From Octopus sinensis (taxonomy: Eukaryota), in NCBI RefSeq assembly GCF_006345805.1, contig NC_042999.1, forward strand, positions 160,704,001 through 160,768,000: DNA of 64,000 bases, written 5' to 3'. Below, piece by piece: positions 1 to 11,400 of the stretch. The notes below the pieces were generated by a model. It did not search any database. It was not told where the DNA came from and saw nothing but the letters and a program-made list of their open reading frames with translations. The translations under genes were made by a program, and so were the position numbers. Each line of letters opens with the position of its first letter. The first letter of the stretch is position 1.

Positions 1-385
1 CCAAGGCCTTGTGAGTGGATTTGGTAGACGGAAACTGAAAGAAGCCCATCGTATATATATATATATGTGTGTGTGTGTTTGTGTGTGTATGTTTGTGCCT
101 GTGTTTGTCCCCCCAACATTGCTTGACAACTGATATATATATATGTATGTATGTATGTATGTAAGTATGTTTGTGTTTGTGTCCATGTTTGTCCCCCCAC
201 CATCAATTCACAACCAATGTTGGTATGTTTACATCCCTGTAACTTAGCGTTTCGGCAAAAGTGACCAATAGAATAAGTACTAGGCTTACAAAGAATAAGT
301 CCTGGGGTCGATTTCTTCAACTAAAAGCAAGCGGGTGCTCCAGCAGGGCCACAGTAAAAAAAAAATGACTGAAACCAGTTAAAAA
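1..385 (+). mobile_element. tRNA-derived SINE family A, 3' part
   Basis: Reverse complement of the family A body at 14362/20312/58011/59052 (gatttggtagacggaaactgaaagaagccc...aaagaataagt). Confidence 0.75.
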
Positions 386-850
386 GAAAGAATACACACA
401 CAAACGTTTGAGTATAAAAAAAAATAAGAGAGAAACGTTTTAGTAGAAAATTAGAAAATGTGGTAAACATTTTTTTGTTTCTCCTGTTGACATATAAAAT
501 ATTTCTTAAGGACTCTACAAAACTATTTGTGTTTTAAGTATTGAGAAAAGAAAGAAAATAAAGAAAGAACAGAAAAAGAAATTGCTAATAGCTTTTCTGC
601 TTCCTAACTACAACTGATTTGCTCCTGATGACTATTGGGCATTTACATGAGAATAAAATTTACATTCATGGTAAATTAGTAGACTATTTGCCTAGTGGAC
701 ACTGCTAATCCTAAAAAAGACTGTGTGCTACTTACTTCCTATCAATCACTAAACCACAGGTAGTATTCATTCACCTAGTGTTTAGCTGAGCAGTCAGGGA
801 GGAACAGAAGACACAAAAACAACTTAGTAGGTGTGAGTGTGTGTACTCTG

Positions 851-895
<45 letters not shown>

Positions 896-1149
896 ATATT
901 TACACCTGCTGAAAAGAAAACTACAAACACTTCCGATGAATTATTACGATGGATGTTATGAAATATGATCAAACTACAGACAAATTGATATCTCAAATTT
1001 AAACAATATAATGAAATTTTAATAATGTAATGAGGTAAGATTTAAATGATTCTTTATATGTATGTGAGTAATAGAGAGAGAGAGTAGAAGGATATTAGCA
1101 AGTGTTCCTATCTGGTTGTGTGTGTATACTAATAAGCAAATATCTGCCT

Positions 1150-1680
1150 TTTGAAAAGTGTATAGATATATGGCGGAATCCTGGTTTAAGTACTCCACAT
1201 AACCACTCATAACTTTTGTAACTTTTGGGGATTTTCAGAAAAGTTTTGTGAATTTGTGTTCTAAACAGGAATTTATGGGAAAACAATCCTTTTTAATTTT
1301 TTAACATGACTACGCCATAAATCCTAAAAGCTCCATGGTTTTCTTAATTTTATTTTTTAAATAGGTGCACCATCATTCCATTAAATGTGTTTGCTGGGGA
1401 AAAAATATTGAAAAACATCAATACATGTCAGAATGACAAAGAAATGAGGAAGGTATCAGGTGATCATGAGATGTACTAAAAATAGCAGCTAAATCGCCCT
1501 TAAATCACACACAGAAAAAGTGTTTTTCTTTTTTACACGAACATATGAATTCCTGTATGTAGAACACAAATTTGCAAAAATTTTCTGAAAATTCCCCAAA
1601 AAATAAAAAGTTATGAAGGGTTATAGGAATGCTTGCACCAGAATTCTGCCACACATACAACTTTCTTGAATATTTCTAAA
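1150..1680. mobile_element. Old foldback/MITE-like element with ~125-bp imperfect inverted arms
   Basis: ~1150-1275 is the imperfect reverse complement of ~1545-1665 (cataactttt...ttttcagaaa...aatttgtgttcta...caggaatt). Confidence 0.55.
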
Positions 1681-2229
1681 TATATATATATGGAAGATAC
1701 AAAATTTTTTATTAATCACTACAATTGTTTTGACCCACCTAGCATTGATTCCTCACAGGTGAGGTACTTAACAACAGGTTCAGGAGCATTTGAAGGTGCA
1801 GATGTGTCTCTTTGGGTGATAAATAAACATAACTCATTATATATATATGATTTATCTATGTGTGTGTATTTGTATGAAAAACACAGCTTGGCAAGAGAGA
1901 CAAGATGAATAAAATGACAGAATAACTTTATTTTATCTAAGTACTGGAGTCAATAAACATACCCACACACATACACACAGAGGGTATTTGGGCTAAATTT
2001 GATATTTTGCATAAAAGGAAGAGAAAACACAATATCCCATCTAAAAATAAAAGTATTTTTAAAATCAAATATATCAGCAAGATTATATCTGAGAGATAAC
2101 AGTTTACTTAAAGTAGCTGCCTCAACTTCCACACACATACTCAAGCCAGCCCCAGAACCCAACACATATTCTTCAATGTGTTCCTGGGAAGATCTATAAA
2201 CACCTTCTTAATCTTGGTCATCAGCTTGG

Positions 2230-2790
2230 CCTTGGTGTTGCAGGTAGACTATACCCCCCACACATAGTCATCCATGGGATTACAATCAAGGGAATTAGAA
2301 GGCCAGAAATTCCCCAACAACTACTTCTGACTCTTTCCGGAAGTATAGCAAGGAGCCGAATCCTACATCCAGCCTTCCAGCAGCAACCCTCGCCAGCTAG
2401 GGATTGATCACAGTCTCCAGTAGCTTAACATAGCTGTCTGATTTAAGCCTGAGGCCCTGTTCAAAGATGTGGGGTGGCATGATGTTATCCTCACTAGAGA
2501 CACACCTGAAGGTGTGGGATATTACATGGATTGTAAGCAGGCCACCTGTTCTTCTGAATGTTGTGCAACAGATCCTGGCAGAAATTCTTTTTATTTGAGA
2601 AGATCCAGATCATCCCTGGGTCAACAGGATATGCCAGCTTATTCAGGAGCTTCTTGGCCACTGTCAAGCAATTCTCCTTAGCTTTAGTTGTCACAATTTG
2701 TCCCTTGCACCTCTTGTACCAGTGGTAGCAAAGATCCTCATTCGGGGTCAGTTTGATGGTGGCGACTCTAACACATCTCTCTCTTGTTTC
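2230..2790 (-). mobile_element. Tc1/mariner-superfamily transposase remnant
   Basis: WIFSNKKNFCQD..HN.QKNRW (degenerate FSDEK) followed by VSSEDNIMPPHIFEQGLRLKSDSYVKLLETVI; stops and frameshifts. Confidence 0.7.
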
Positions 2791-3317
2791 ACACAATTAT
2801 AATATTTATATAAAATTTTGAAGTACTGAAATATGCAGATGTGCTTCACAAGGACATAGCTTGGATTATAACCCTATCTACATATATATATATATATATA
2901 TAAACAACTTATAAATAAGGACAAACGAAAAAATTTCTAATGCCAAATATACCGAAAATTGGACATATTGTCCATAACCATATAATTTTTCACAATACGC
3001 ATGCTACTCGAAAAAAAGCCGACAGAAATTTCTAAAAAATTTCTAAAAATATATATATATTTCGTTTTGGATTTGGTTTACAAGATTCTTTATGTGAGTT
3101 TGTGTGTTGAACTATATTCTGTTGTGTCTGGGGAGAGTCATTTTCTTTTTGTGCCTTATAATTTAACACACTCACTGGTAAAATTTCCACTTATTTCTTA
3201 TTTTTATTTTCCTAAACTTTTCGTTGCGTCTTGCAAGACTATCTGCCTTTTTCCATTGTGGGAAATGAAAAGAACTAAGACTCTACTATCCTGTTCATGG
3301 AATTCCAATGATATGTA

Positions 3318-3532
3318 TTTCTTTATTACCCACAGAAGGGACAAACAAGGACAGACATAGATATTAAGTCGATTACATCGACCCCAGTGCATTACTGGTA
3401 CTTAATTTATCGACCCCGAAAGGATGAAAGGCAAAGTCGACCTCGGCGGAATTTGAACTCACAACGTAACGCAGACGAAATACCGAAAAGCATTTCACCC
3501 GGCATGCTAACGTTTCTGCCAACTCGCTGCCT
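3318..3532 (-). mobile_element. SINE family B
   Basis: cccgaaaggatgaaaggcaaagtcgacctcggcggaatttgaactc core; other copies at 10230-10445, 11420-12095 (three fragments), 12806-12990, 23108-23337, 43360-43520, 45445-45678. Confidence 0.8.
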
Positions 3533-4641
3533 TACAATGAATTCCAATGATATCATGTAGCTTCAGCATGTTTCAGCCTCTGCATCAGTGGTGCTGGACA
3601 TCCACTTTCAACCAGACCTTGGTAATAATACATGAATGTCAGACATGCTCATCATGGGACTCCCCATACATCATTACAACTCTACACTTTGTAACCTTGG
3701 ATTTTTCCACCATGGATGACAAAGAAAATTAGAGCTGCCCACATCTTATGTAGAGGCCTATTGAAGTGAAGTTTCATGGGATACCCTCTTACCTTTCAGC
3801 ATACAATGCCAATAACTGCAGGAGTCTTGGGAGCAGTTTGTGTTAATAGACCTATGCCTTGTGTTTTCCTTGGAGCCCTGGTCTTTCAATCCTCCTCAGT
3901 CACTCCTCTGCTTACTGTCAGGGAGTGAATTGTCAAAGCCCTTCCAAGGCATTTGATCAGATTTTGCTTTGTTGATGGAATAGCTTCTCCTTGCACTAAA
4001 TGTAGCTACATGTGAATCATTCACAATTTTTTTCCTCTGTCTTCCTTTCTATTGGACTTTCCTCTTTTTCTGAAGAAGAGCGTTTGCTCAAAATGTTAAA
4101 CCATCTTTCTTTCCTTCCCTGAGCGTCTACTAATACTTTACATGTACCACGTCCTCACGTTGTTGATTTTTTGTCTTCGTTCTTCTTTTTTTGGATTTAC
4201 TATATATATATATATATATATATATATCTGTTTTATAGATACCATTTTGTAACAATAAGCTAATACTAATTTGTTTAATTTGAGACTGTTGTTTGTAGTT
4301 ATAAGCAGGAATTAGCATAATGGACATATGCTTATGTTTCACTCCTGCTCATTTCAATTGATTCCCAAGCAGACACTGAATTGTACTGCCCAAGTGCTGG
4401 AACCATAGAGATATCCATTTTGTAGCAGATGGTGGTGGAAATGTTTATTTGATAGGCTTGCTTGTGAATTTTCTATGTCCTGGGATTTTGTAATTCTCAG
4501 TTGTCCTTCATTTTCATAAAGCTGAAAGTGTTTATGGATTCGTGGTTTATGATGATTACCTATATTGATATTGATTGATTTACTTCATAGACAATCTCAT
4601 TAGGCTTGGATTTCATCTATATAATGATTTCTAGTTTTGAC

Positions 4642-4699
<58 letters not shown>

Positions 4700-5545
4700 G
4701 TGTATTTGTATGACAATCTTCAAATGTGGACATATTATTAGAATGCTGTATACAGCAGTATTTATCTGAAGAAATTCTCTAATAAAGACATACATTCCTA
4801 AGAACACAGTCAAATATCACTAGCAGAGGAGAATCAGCTGGCATCAGCATCGGAACTGCCACATCACAGGATTTCAGTGTACATGCACTTCTTCAGTGGC
4901 AGACATCCACTAATCACATGCCAGCCAAGTTTCACTGTTAATGGTATATTTATAAAATAACAATGATTTTTCAGTCACTGATGTCACAAGTATGCAACAG
5001 GCTCCTTCAAAGATAGATATAAGTGACAAAAGTAGTATTAACATCAAATGACAATTTTATATCCTACTTAATGTAGATATATTATTAGAATGCTATATAC
5101 TGCAGCACTTTCCTTGAGAGATTCTCTCATATAGATGAACAGTGCTAAGAGCACAGGCATATACTGCTTATGTCGCTGGTATTTGTTTTTAAAGTGACTG
5201 CTTGTTATTTATGACATCAGTGAAAGAACAGTCACTCTCATTCTATATATTGTTGGCAATGAGACTTGGATGCCATGCAGTGAACAGATACCTGCCACAG
5301 AAGAAGCAAACATGAAATTATGAGATCTGGTGATTCAGGCACCCATGTCAAATGATTCTCATCTGCTAGTGGATATTGATATTGTAAATTCATCATTATG
5401 TGCAAAATTTTTTATATACTTCGTATTGAGGTTTTATAATAAGTCACATTTGTATTTGTCAGCTAGCCCTATTGTTAACACATACAACATGAAATATATA
5501 CTACTTGCATCCTTGAAAACATTTTATCTCTCATACAGGTGACAC

Positions 5546-8305
5546 ATGGAAATTACGCATTCCAAAATGAAATTCAACCAACTGCATATAATTTGGATAT
5601 TACAATTCCAGGTAGCTGCTTCAGCTTTCAATGAAACAATTAACATCAAACACACTTGTTATATCAATAACTTTACAATTTTCTGCAAAAACATTGATTT
5701 ACATAATAAAAACTTAAACTTTGAACAGCTCAATGGCACATATATGTTATATCTTATCGGAACAAATCTACACTCTCTACAGGAGAATGTTTTCAATGGT
5801 ACTCAAATTAAGCACTTATCAATATCTGACAATCCATTAACAGTAATTGACAAAAATGCATTTGGTGGACAAGAAGAATTCTTGGAAAGCTTAGAGCTAT
5901 CAACAACAGATACAACAGAACTAGTTGATTTTACAGCCCTTCAAAACCTGTATAACCTTGAAACTCTTGAAATTGAGAATTTCTATATGAACCAGAATTT
6001 AAACAATTTTACTTCTGATAAGCTAACTAAACTGACAAAACTCTCTTTAATAAACAATAAAATTAAATTCTTCAGCACAAAAGCTTTTGTACATTTGGGG
6101 AATTTAACCCAACTTCACATTACAAAAAATGAATTGGAAAAAATACCACTTCCAGAAATCTTCAAATATTTACACAACTTACAACATCTTGACATGACAG
6201 AAAATGCTATCGAAGAAATAAGTATGGGAAATTTGCAAGAAAATAGAAAACTAGAAAATTTGTATTTAATACAAAACTCTATCTCAAGAGTTGATGAATT
6301 TGCATTTCAAAATATTGAGAACAGCCTTCAACATTTAGACTTAAGTATAAACACAATTACAGAAGATCATCTGAAACATTTTAAAAACCTTTCAAAACTT
6401 GAAACCCTCAACTTCAATTACAATAGAATTAAAAGTCTATCAGGCGACATATTTCAAAATATGAATAAACTGAAAACCTTGTCAGTGACAAATAACCAAC
6501 TTACTAAATTGCAAAAAACACATTTAAAAGGTTTAATTAATCTTAAAGAACTATCTCTAAAGAAAAATCAATTGATCATTGAGGCCACAACAATGACTGA
6601 AGTGCCTCTCTTAGAAATTTTATATTTGGATAATCAAAATCTAAAAGGAACTATGGAAATAAAATGGTTAGAAAATACCAGTGGAACACTGAAAAAATTA
6701 TCGTTAAAAGGCAATAGTTTTAATAACATAGATCTTTGGACAGCAATTAAAACATTACCACATTTGGAATTCTTGGATCTTTCCAAATGTAATCTAGCAG
6801 TAATCCCTGCTTTTGCATTTGAACAGAACTCAAAGCTAAAAGCCATAAAGCTAAATGACAACAAATTAGAGAGTTTAGAGGAAGGTGCATTTCAAGGTCT
6901 ACAAAACACTTTAGAGTCTATTAAACTCAGCAAAAACCAGCTCCAAGTTGTGGACGAATGTGTTTTTAATAATTTCAACTGGCCAGAAAAGGAATATTTC
7001 AATATAGACCTCAGCAATAATAAACTGGTGTGTAATTGTTCTCTTCATTGGCTTCAAGTTCAGGTGCAAGAGTTTATTAAGAAATCTAATGATGTCTTTT
7101 TATCTGTTAATTACTGGAAGTGCCTCACTGCTAATGGAGAGGAATTGATTGCAACTACAAATTTGACCTGTGATAGTAATACAACAGTTTGCCAAGACTT
7201 TGGATCAAGATATACAACACAAACTGCTCAAGTAATTTCAACAGTTGAATTATCAACTATTGGTAATATAAGTACTCAAACTAAACAAGAGACCTCCATG
7301 GAAACAACCAAGGAAAGTTCTATTTCAACTACAAGTTCAACACCTAAACTAGAGACTGCTACGAAAACAACTGAAGAAAGTGGTCTGTCAACTACAAATT
7401 CAATTACCAAAACAACTCCAAAACCTTTTCAGAAACCTAACATTACAATTAAACTTTACAGAGAGGCTTCAAATGTTAAAATATCATGGAATATATCAGA
7501 TCTATCCAGGGTAAGGTATTTTATTTTACAAATTAAGGAAATTCTTCCTAATCAAGAAAGGAAAGCTCAATCAGTACTAATACACAAATTAACACAATTC
7601 CATATATATCCATATTTAAACAGTGAATCAATAATACATATTTGTATCATTGTTAATATGACTGCTAATAGCAATTTAATTGATGCCTGTGATACTTTAC
7701 GCCCAAAAGAAAAAGAGCACAGCCCAAGTACGAGCAGCAAAAATACATTAGAGATAGGACTAGGAATTGGTGTATTTGTTGCACTTTTAATCCTTGTTAT
7801 TTTACTCTGTGTATTATACAGAAATCGTAAAAACAATAAGAAACATATATATGAAGAACCTACAACTCCAGAAAGGACACAAGCCAATTTAACACCAAAA
7901 ACTAAACGTTATACAAGAAAAAAACCAAATGAAACTAAAGTGCCAACCATTTCTGTAATATCTCATGGTCAAGTTCAGCCAGATCAACAGCTTTCTGCAG
8001 GAAGCTACCAATATTTGGATAACCCTGGTTTTACACTAGGTGAAAAATATGAAGAAATTCAGAACCCCCAAATTGTGCAAGATAAAGCAATAGACAATAA
8101 GGAAAATATAAGGAATGGTGGTAAGAAAAGTACTTTCCAAGATCAATCATTACCTATAAATAATTTACCTGCACAAAGAGAATCACATTTGAATCATGCA
8201 CAAAGACCTTTACCAAGTCTTCCAAAGAATGAAGATGGTAATATTTCAAGCAATAAAAATGAAATTATTTATACCACACTTGAACTGGTAGAAAGTGATG
8301 TATAA
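5546..8305 (+). CDS. LRR receptor 1: signal peptide, ~17-18 LRRs, LRR-CT, S/T-rich stalk, FN3-like domain, single TM, Tyr-motif tail (FLRT/ELFN-like architecture); single coding exon
   Basis: 919-aa ORF with LxxLxLxxNxL repeats, CNCSLHWL...WKC cap and TM LGIGVFVALLILVILLCVLY. A splice acceptor (ttatctctcatacag) lies just upstream. The second ATG (5567, MKFNQLHIIW...) is shared with the paralog and is the likelier start. Confidence 0.92.
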   Translation: MEITHSKMKFNQLHIIWILQFQVAASAFNETINIKHTCYINNFTIFCKNIDLHNKNLNFEQLNGTYMLYLIGTNLHSLQENVFNGTQIKHLSISDNPLTVIDKNAFGGQEEFLESLELSTTDTTELVDFTALQNLYNLETLEIENFYMNQNLNNFTSDKLTKLTKLSLINNKIKFFSTKAFVHLGNLTQLHITKNELEKIPLPEIFKYLHNLQHLDMTENAIEEISMGNLQENRKLENLYLIQNSISRVDEFAFQNIENSLQHLDLSINTITEDHLKHFKNLSKLETLNFNYNRIKSLSGDIFQNMNKLKTLSVTNNQLTKLQKTHLKGLINLKELSLKKNQLIIEATTMTEVPLLEILYLDNQNLKGTMEIKWLENTSGTLKKLSLKGNSFNNIDLWTAIKTLPHLEFLDLSKCNLAVIPAFAFEQNSKLKAIKLNDNKLESLEEGAFQGLQNTLESIKLSKNQLQVVDECVFNNFNWPEKEYFNIDLSNNKLVCNCSLHWLQVQVQEFIKKSNDVFLSVNYWKCLTANGEELIATTNLTCDSNTTVCQDFGSRYTTQTAQVISTVELSTIGNISTQTKQETSMETTKESSISTTSSTPKLETATKTTEESGLSTTNSITKTTPKPFQKPNITIKLYREASNVKISWNISDLSRVRYFILQIKEILPNQERKAQSVLIHKLTQFHIYPYLNSESIIHICIIVNMTANSNLIDACDTLRPKEKEHSPSTSSKNTLEIGLGIGVFVALLILVILLCVLYRNRKNNKKHIYEEPTTPERTQANLTPKTKRYTRKKPNETKVPTISVISHGQVQPDQQLSAGSYQYLDNPGFTLGEKYEEIQNPQIVQDKAIDNKENIRNGGKKSTFQDQSLPINNLPAQRESHLNHAQRPLPSLPKNEDGNISSNKNEIIYTTLELVESDV

Positions 8306-8870
8306 ATATGAACTTTTAAAAGTCATCGTATTTCAGTATTATTCACTGTTTTAGTCATTAAGCTGCAAGTATACTGTCCATTATTATTTGAATTTCCTGC
8401 ATTGAAGGAAATATAGTTTTAAATATAATTTATTTTGCATTCCTGTTCTGTCGCTTTTAAAGGTTGTATTGTTTTTCATATATTCAATATTTTTCATATA
8501 TTCAATACCAATACACTAAATCAGTTTTTACAGAGCTGATGGCAGCTAAATAGCAACCTATATGACAGAGAATGGTGTTACTTTATTCTCATTATGGGGG
8601 TTCAACTTCTACAGTAAGGATAAATTTTGTTAGTTAAAAATGGAAGGAGACAGCCTGGTCTATTTGAATTTTTTTTCCTTCGCACATTTAAAAAAAAAAT
8701 TATATTCATTACACTGGCTAAAATATATTTGTAACTCTTTTACTGTATGTAAGAATTTTGTTGTCACCTGATCAGAATAACTTGAAGAGACAGTCTGGCC
8801 TATTTGAGTTTTTTTTCCTTAGCACAATATATTTAAATATCATTGGTTTGTAAAAAAGTAAATTAGATGA

Positions 8871-8914
8871 AACTATGCTGATGAGGTCTAATAGACTGAA
8901 ACATATCCATAGTT
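8871..8914 (+). ncRNA. Minimal type I hammerhead ribozyme motif (stem III imperfect)
   Basis: AACTATG-CTGATGA-GGTC taata GACT-GAAA-CATA-TC-CATAGTT: 7-bp stem I, 4-bp stem II, intact core, predicted cut after C8907. Confidence 0.65.
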
Positions 8915-9456
8915 CTTATTTGCCAACAAAATCAGGCTTTTCTCTCAGCTTGTAGAGAAATTAATTCTTAATTTCTTGAAATTCTCTTTTCATTAAGAGT
9001 GGTCAACATTTGTTCCAAGATTTATATTTACTTCTCCAACTAATAGGGAAATTTCAATTAAAAATATTTTTCAAATGGTATTTTATGTCATCCCCTTAAC
9101 TTACTAAACTTTAATATTGTTCCTCATCAGTAGCTGGTATTCAGTTAAATACTAAATTTTATTTTCAACTGAAATTCATATTCTTTTCTTGAAATATATT
9201 TAAATATATATATTTAAATATCATTGGTTTGTAAAAAAGTAAATTAGATGAAACTATTTCATAGATATCCCAAGTAATTGATTTAAACTGTAGAATCCCT
9301 CACAAAAATTGAATTTGTTCAATGCAAAAGTAACACAAACTGTTGCCACTATAAAGTGATTTTATTTTGTTCACAGGTTTATGACAATATGAAAAAGTAA
9401 AGTTGTAAATCTTCCTCACAGTTGTTTGTAAATTAAGAAATAAGCTAATATCTACA

Positions 9457-9890
9457 TCATCATCATCATCATCATTTAGCGTCCGCTTTCCATGCTAGCA
9501 TGGGTTGGACGGTTCAACTGGGGTCTGTGAAGCCAGAAAGCTGCATCAGGCCCAGTCTGATCTAGCAGTGTTTCTACGGCTGGATGCCCTTCCTAACGCC
9601 AACCACTCCGTGAGTGTAGTGGGTGCTTTTTACGTGCCACCCGCACAGGTGCCAGACGGAGCTGGCAAACGGCCATGGACGGAGCTGGCATGGACGGATG
9701 GTGCTTTTTACATGCCACCAGCATGGGGGCCAGGCGAGGCTGGCAACGGCCACGATCAGATGGTGCTTTTTACGTGCCACCGACACGGGGGCCAGACGAG
9801 GCTGGCAACGGCCATGAACGGATGGTGCTACGTGCCACCGGCACGGGGGCCAGGCGAGGCTGGCAATGGACACGAACGGATGGTGCCATA
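9457..9890 (-). mobile_element. RTE-LINE 3' end (family C) with (GAT)n tail and ~4 tandem ~62-bp units
   Basis: Same 3' sequence as the RTE copy with RT C-terminus at 32936-33655; other copies at 30095-30345, 30420-30710, 39640-39835, 53180-53615, 54890-55030. Confidence 0.8.
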
Positions 9891-10458
9891 ATAATTATAC
9901 AAATATACACTTGATACACTAGAAATAACAGTCAAACCTCTTTCAAATCATATCAATACATCTTTAAAAAGGACTAGGTAATGTAGTCTGCAAAATAGAT
10001 TAAAATTTTTTAAAAATAAAATAAAATAAATGTGATGGTCACAGATCATAGTTCTGCTCATTCAGAGCTGAGCCGAGGTTAGATAACAATAATCTAAAAT
10101 AATAAGAAAAACAGAAATCAAAAACTAAAAACAATTATATGAGAATCAAACCAAAAAGGAAGACATGAAAAGCTGCTTAGAAATTGCTATTTAGATTGAA
10201 TACAGATTCAATAACAAATAATAATAATAATACTTTCTCGTACAAGTACAAGGCCTGTAATTTTGGGGGAGGGCGCTAGTCAATTGCATCAACCTTGGTG
10301 CTCAACTTGTATTCATTCTATTGACCCTGAGAGGATGAAAGGCAAAGTTGACATTGGCAGCATTTGAACTAAGAATGTGAAGGTGGACCAAATACTGCTG
10401 AGCATTTCACCCAGCATGCTAACTATTCTCCCAGCTTGCCACCTTATTACTGATGATG

Positions 10459-10524
<66 letters not shown>

Positions 10525-10538
10525 TAATAATAATAGTA

Positions 10539-10597
<59 letters not shown>
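10459..10597. repeat. (AAT)n microsatellite, ~140 bp
   Basis: Directly visible; further (AAT)n runs at ~11398-11417, 11571-11630, 11857-11884. Confidence 0.95.
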
Positions 10598-10599
<2 letters not shown>

Positions 10600-11400
10600 G
10601 GAAAAAGCACTGAAAAAGCTAAGTGTATGAAAACCCATGCTAAAACTGCTGCCTCAGCAAATACCCAAAGAGAGCTAATAATGCCAATGTTGACAAAGCC
10701 CTTATGGCTAGAGTATTCTGGCTTAAAATCAGAAACAGAAGGGTTTATCATAGCAGCCCAAGATCAATGCCTACCTACAAGGAACTACCAGGCTGACATA
10801 TTGAAGAACGGCAGTAGCCCAACATGTCGTGTACATAAACAACAAAATGAAACCATCAATCATGTTGTCTCCAAGTGGAGTCTTTTTGTGCCTACAGAGT
10901 ATCTCAACAGGCATGACAGAGCAGCACAGTATATTCACTGGGTAATGTGCAAAAACTTGGGTCTGCTCCATGGTAAAATCTGGTGGGAACACAAACCACC
11001 TCTGGTGATTCAAAATGATCACATCTCACTCCTCTGGAACTTCATTGTTCAAACTGACAGAAAGATAGATGCGAATAGGCCAGACATTATATTGAAGGAC
11101 TTCAAACAAAAATCAAGCCTCCCCATTGACATAACTGTCCCAATTGACATAAATGTATCTGTCAAGACCAACCAAAAACTGAGCAAGTATAAAGATCTTG
11201 AAATAGAAATCAGCAAAATTTAGAACCTCAAGACTAAAATAGTACCTGTTGTCACAGGTGCTCTAGGATGATAGCGAAAGGGGCTGATTCCTACATAGGA
11301 AACCCCAAAATGGCAAAAATTCAAAAAATAGTGCTCATGGGAACTGCCCATGTCCTACATAAAATGCTGTCTACGTAATCCCAAATTTTAAAACAAACTA
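10598..11400 (+). mobile_element. 5'-truncated R4/Dong-clade (RLE) non-LTR retrotransposon
   Basis: SETEGFIIAAQDQ, degenerate zinc knuckle (CRV...ETINHVVS), RHD, RPDII...DITVP...KLSKYKDL RLE motif, ending IQKIVLMGTAHVL. Confidence 0.85.

Noticed and set aside
1739-2190. Possible minus-strand exons (1739-1809 DTSAPSNAPEPVVKYLTCEESML; ~2100-2187 SSQEHIEEYVLGSGAGLSMCVEVEAATL) as the ATG2 continuation
   Set aside because: Weak acceptors, wrong phase for the phase-0 donor at 31679, and only vague similarity to ATG2; cannot be supported without transcripts
3540-4620. Possible decayed LINE/PLE coding remnants (also 16080-16300, 34200-34740)
   Set aside because: Coding-like composition but no motif I can identify with confidence
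5546-8305. Calling the LRR genes Toll/TLR, FLRT, Slit or tartan by name
   Set aside because: No TIR, EGF or Ig domain, and no recognisable orthology from sequence alone; only the architecture is supported
9030-9140. Minus-strand CTGATGA...GAAA at ~9125 and ~29290 as hammerheads
   Set aside because: No valid stem II/III or NUH geometry; at best heavily decayed
9620-9890. Regular ~62-68-bp arrays (also 15470-15850) resembling CRISPR
   Set aside because: Whole units are repeated, with no unique spacers and no cas genes; eukaryotic LINE 3' UTR context
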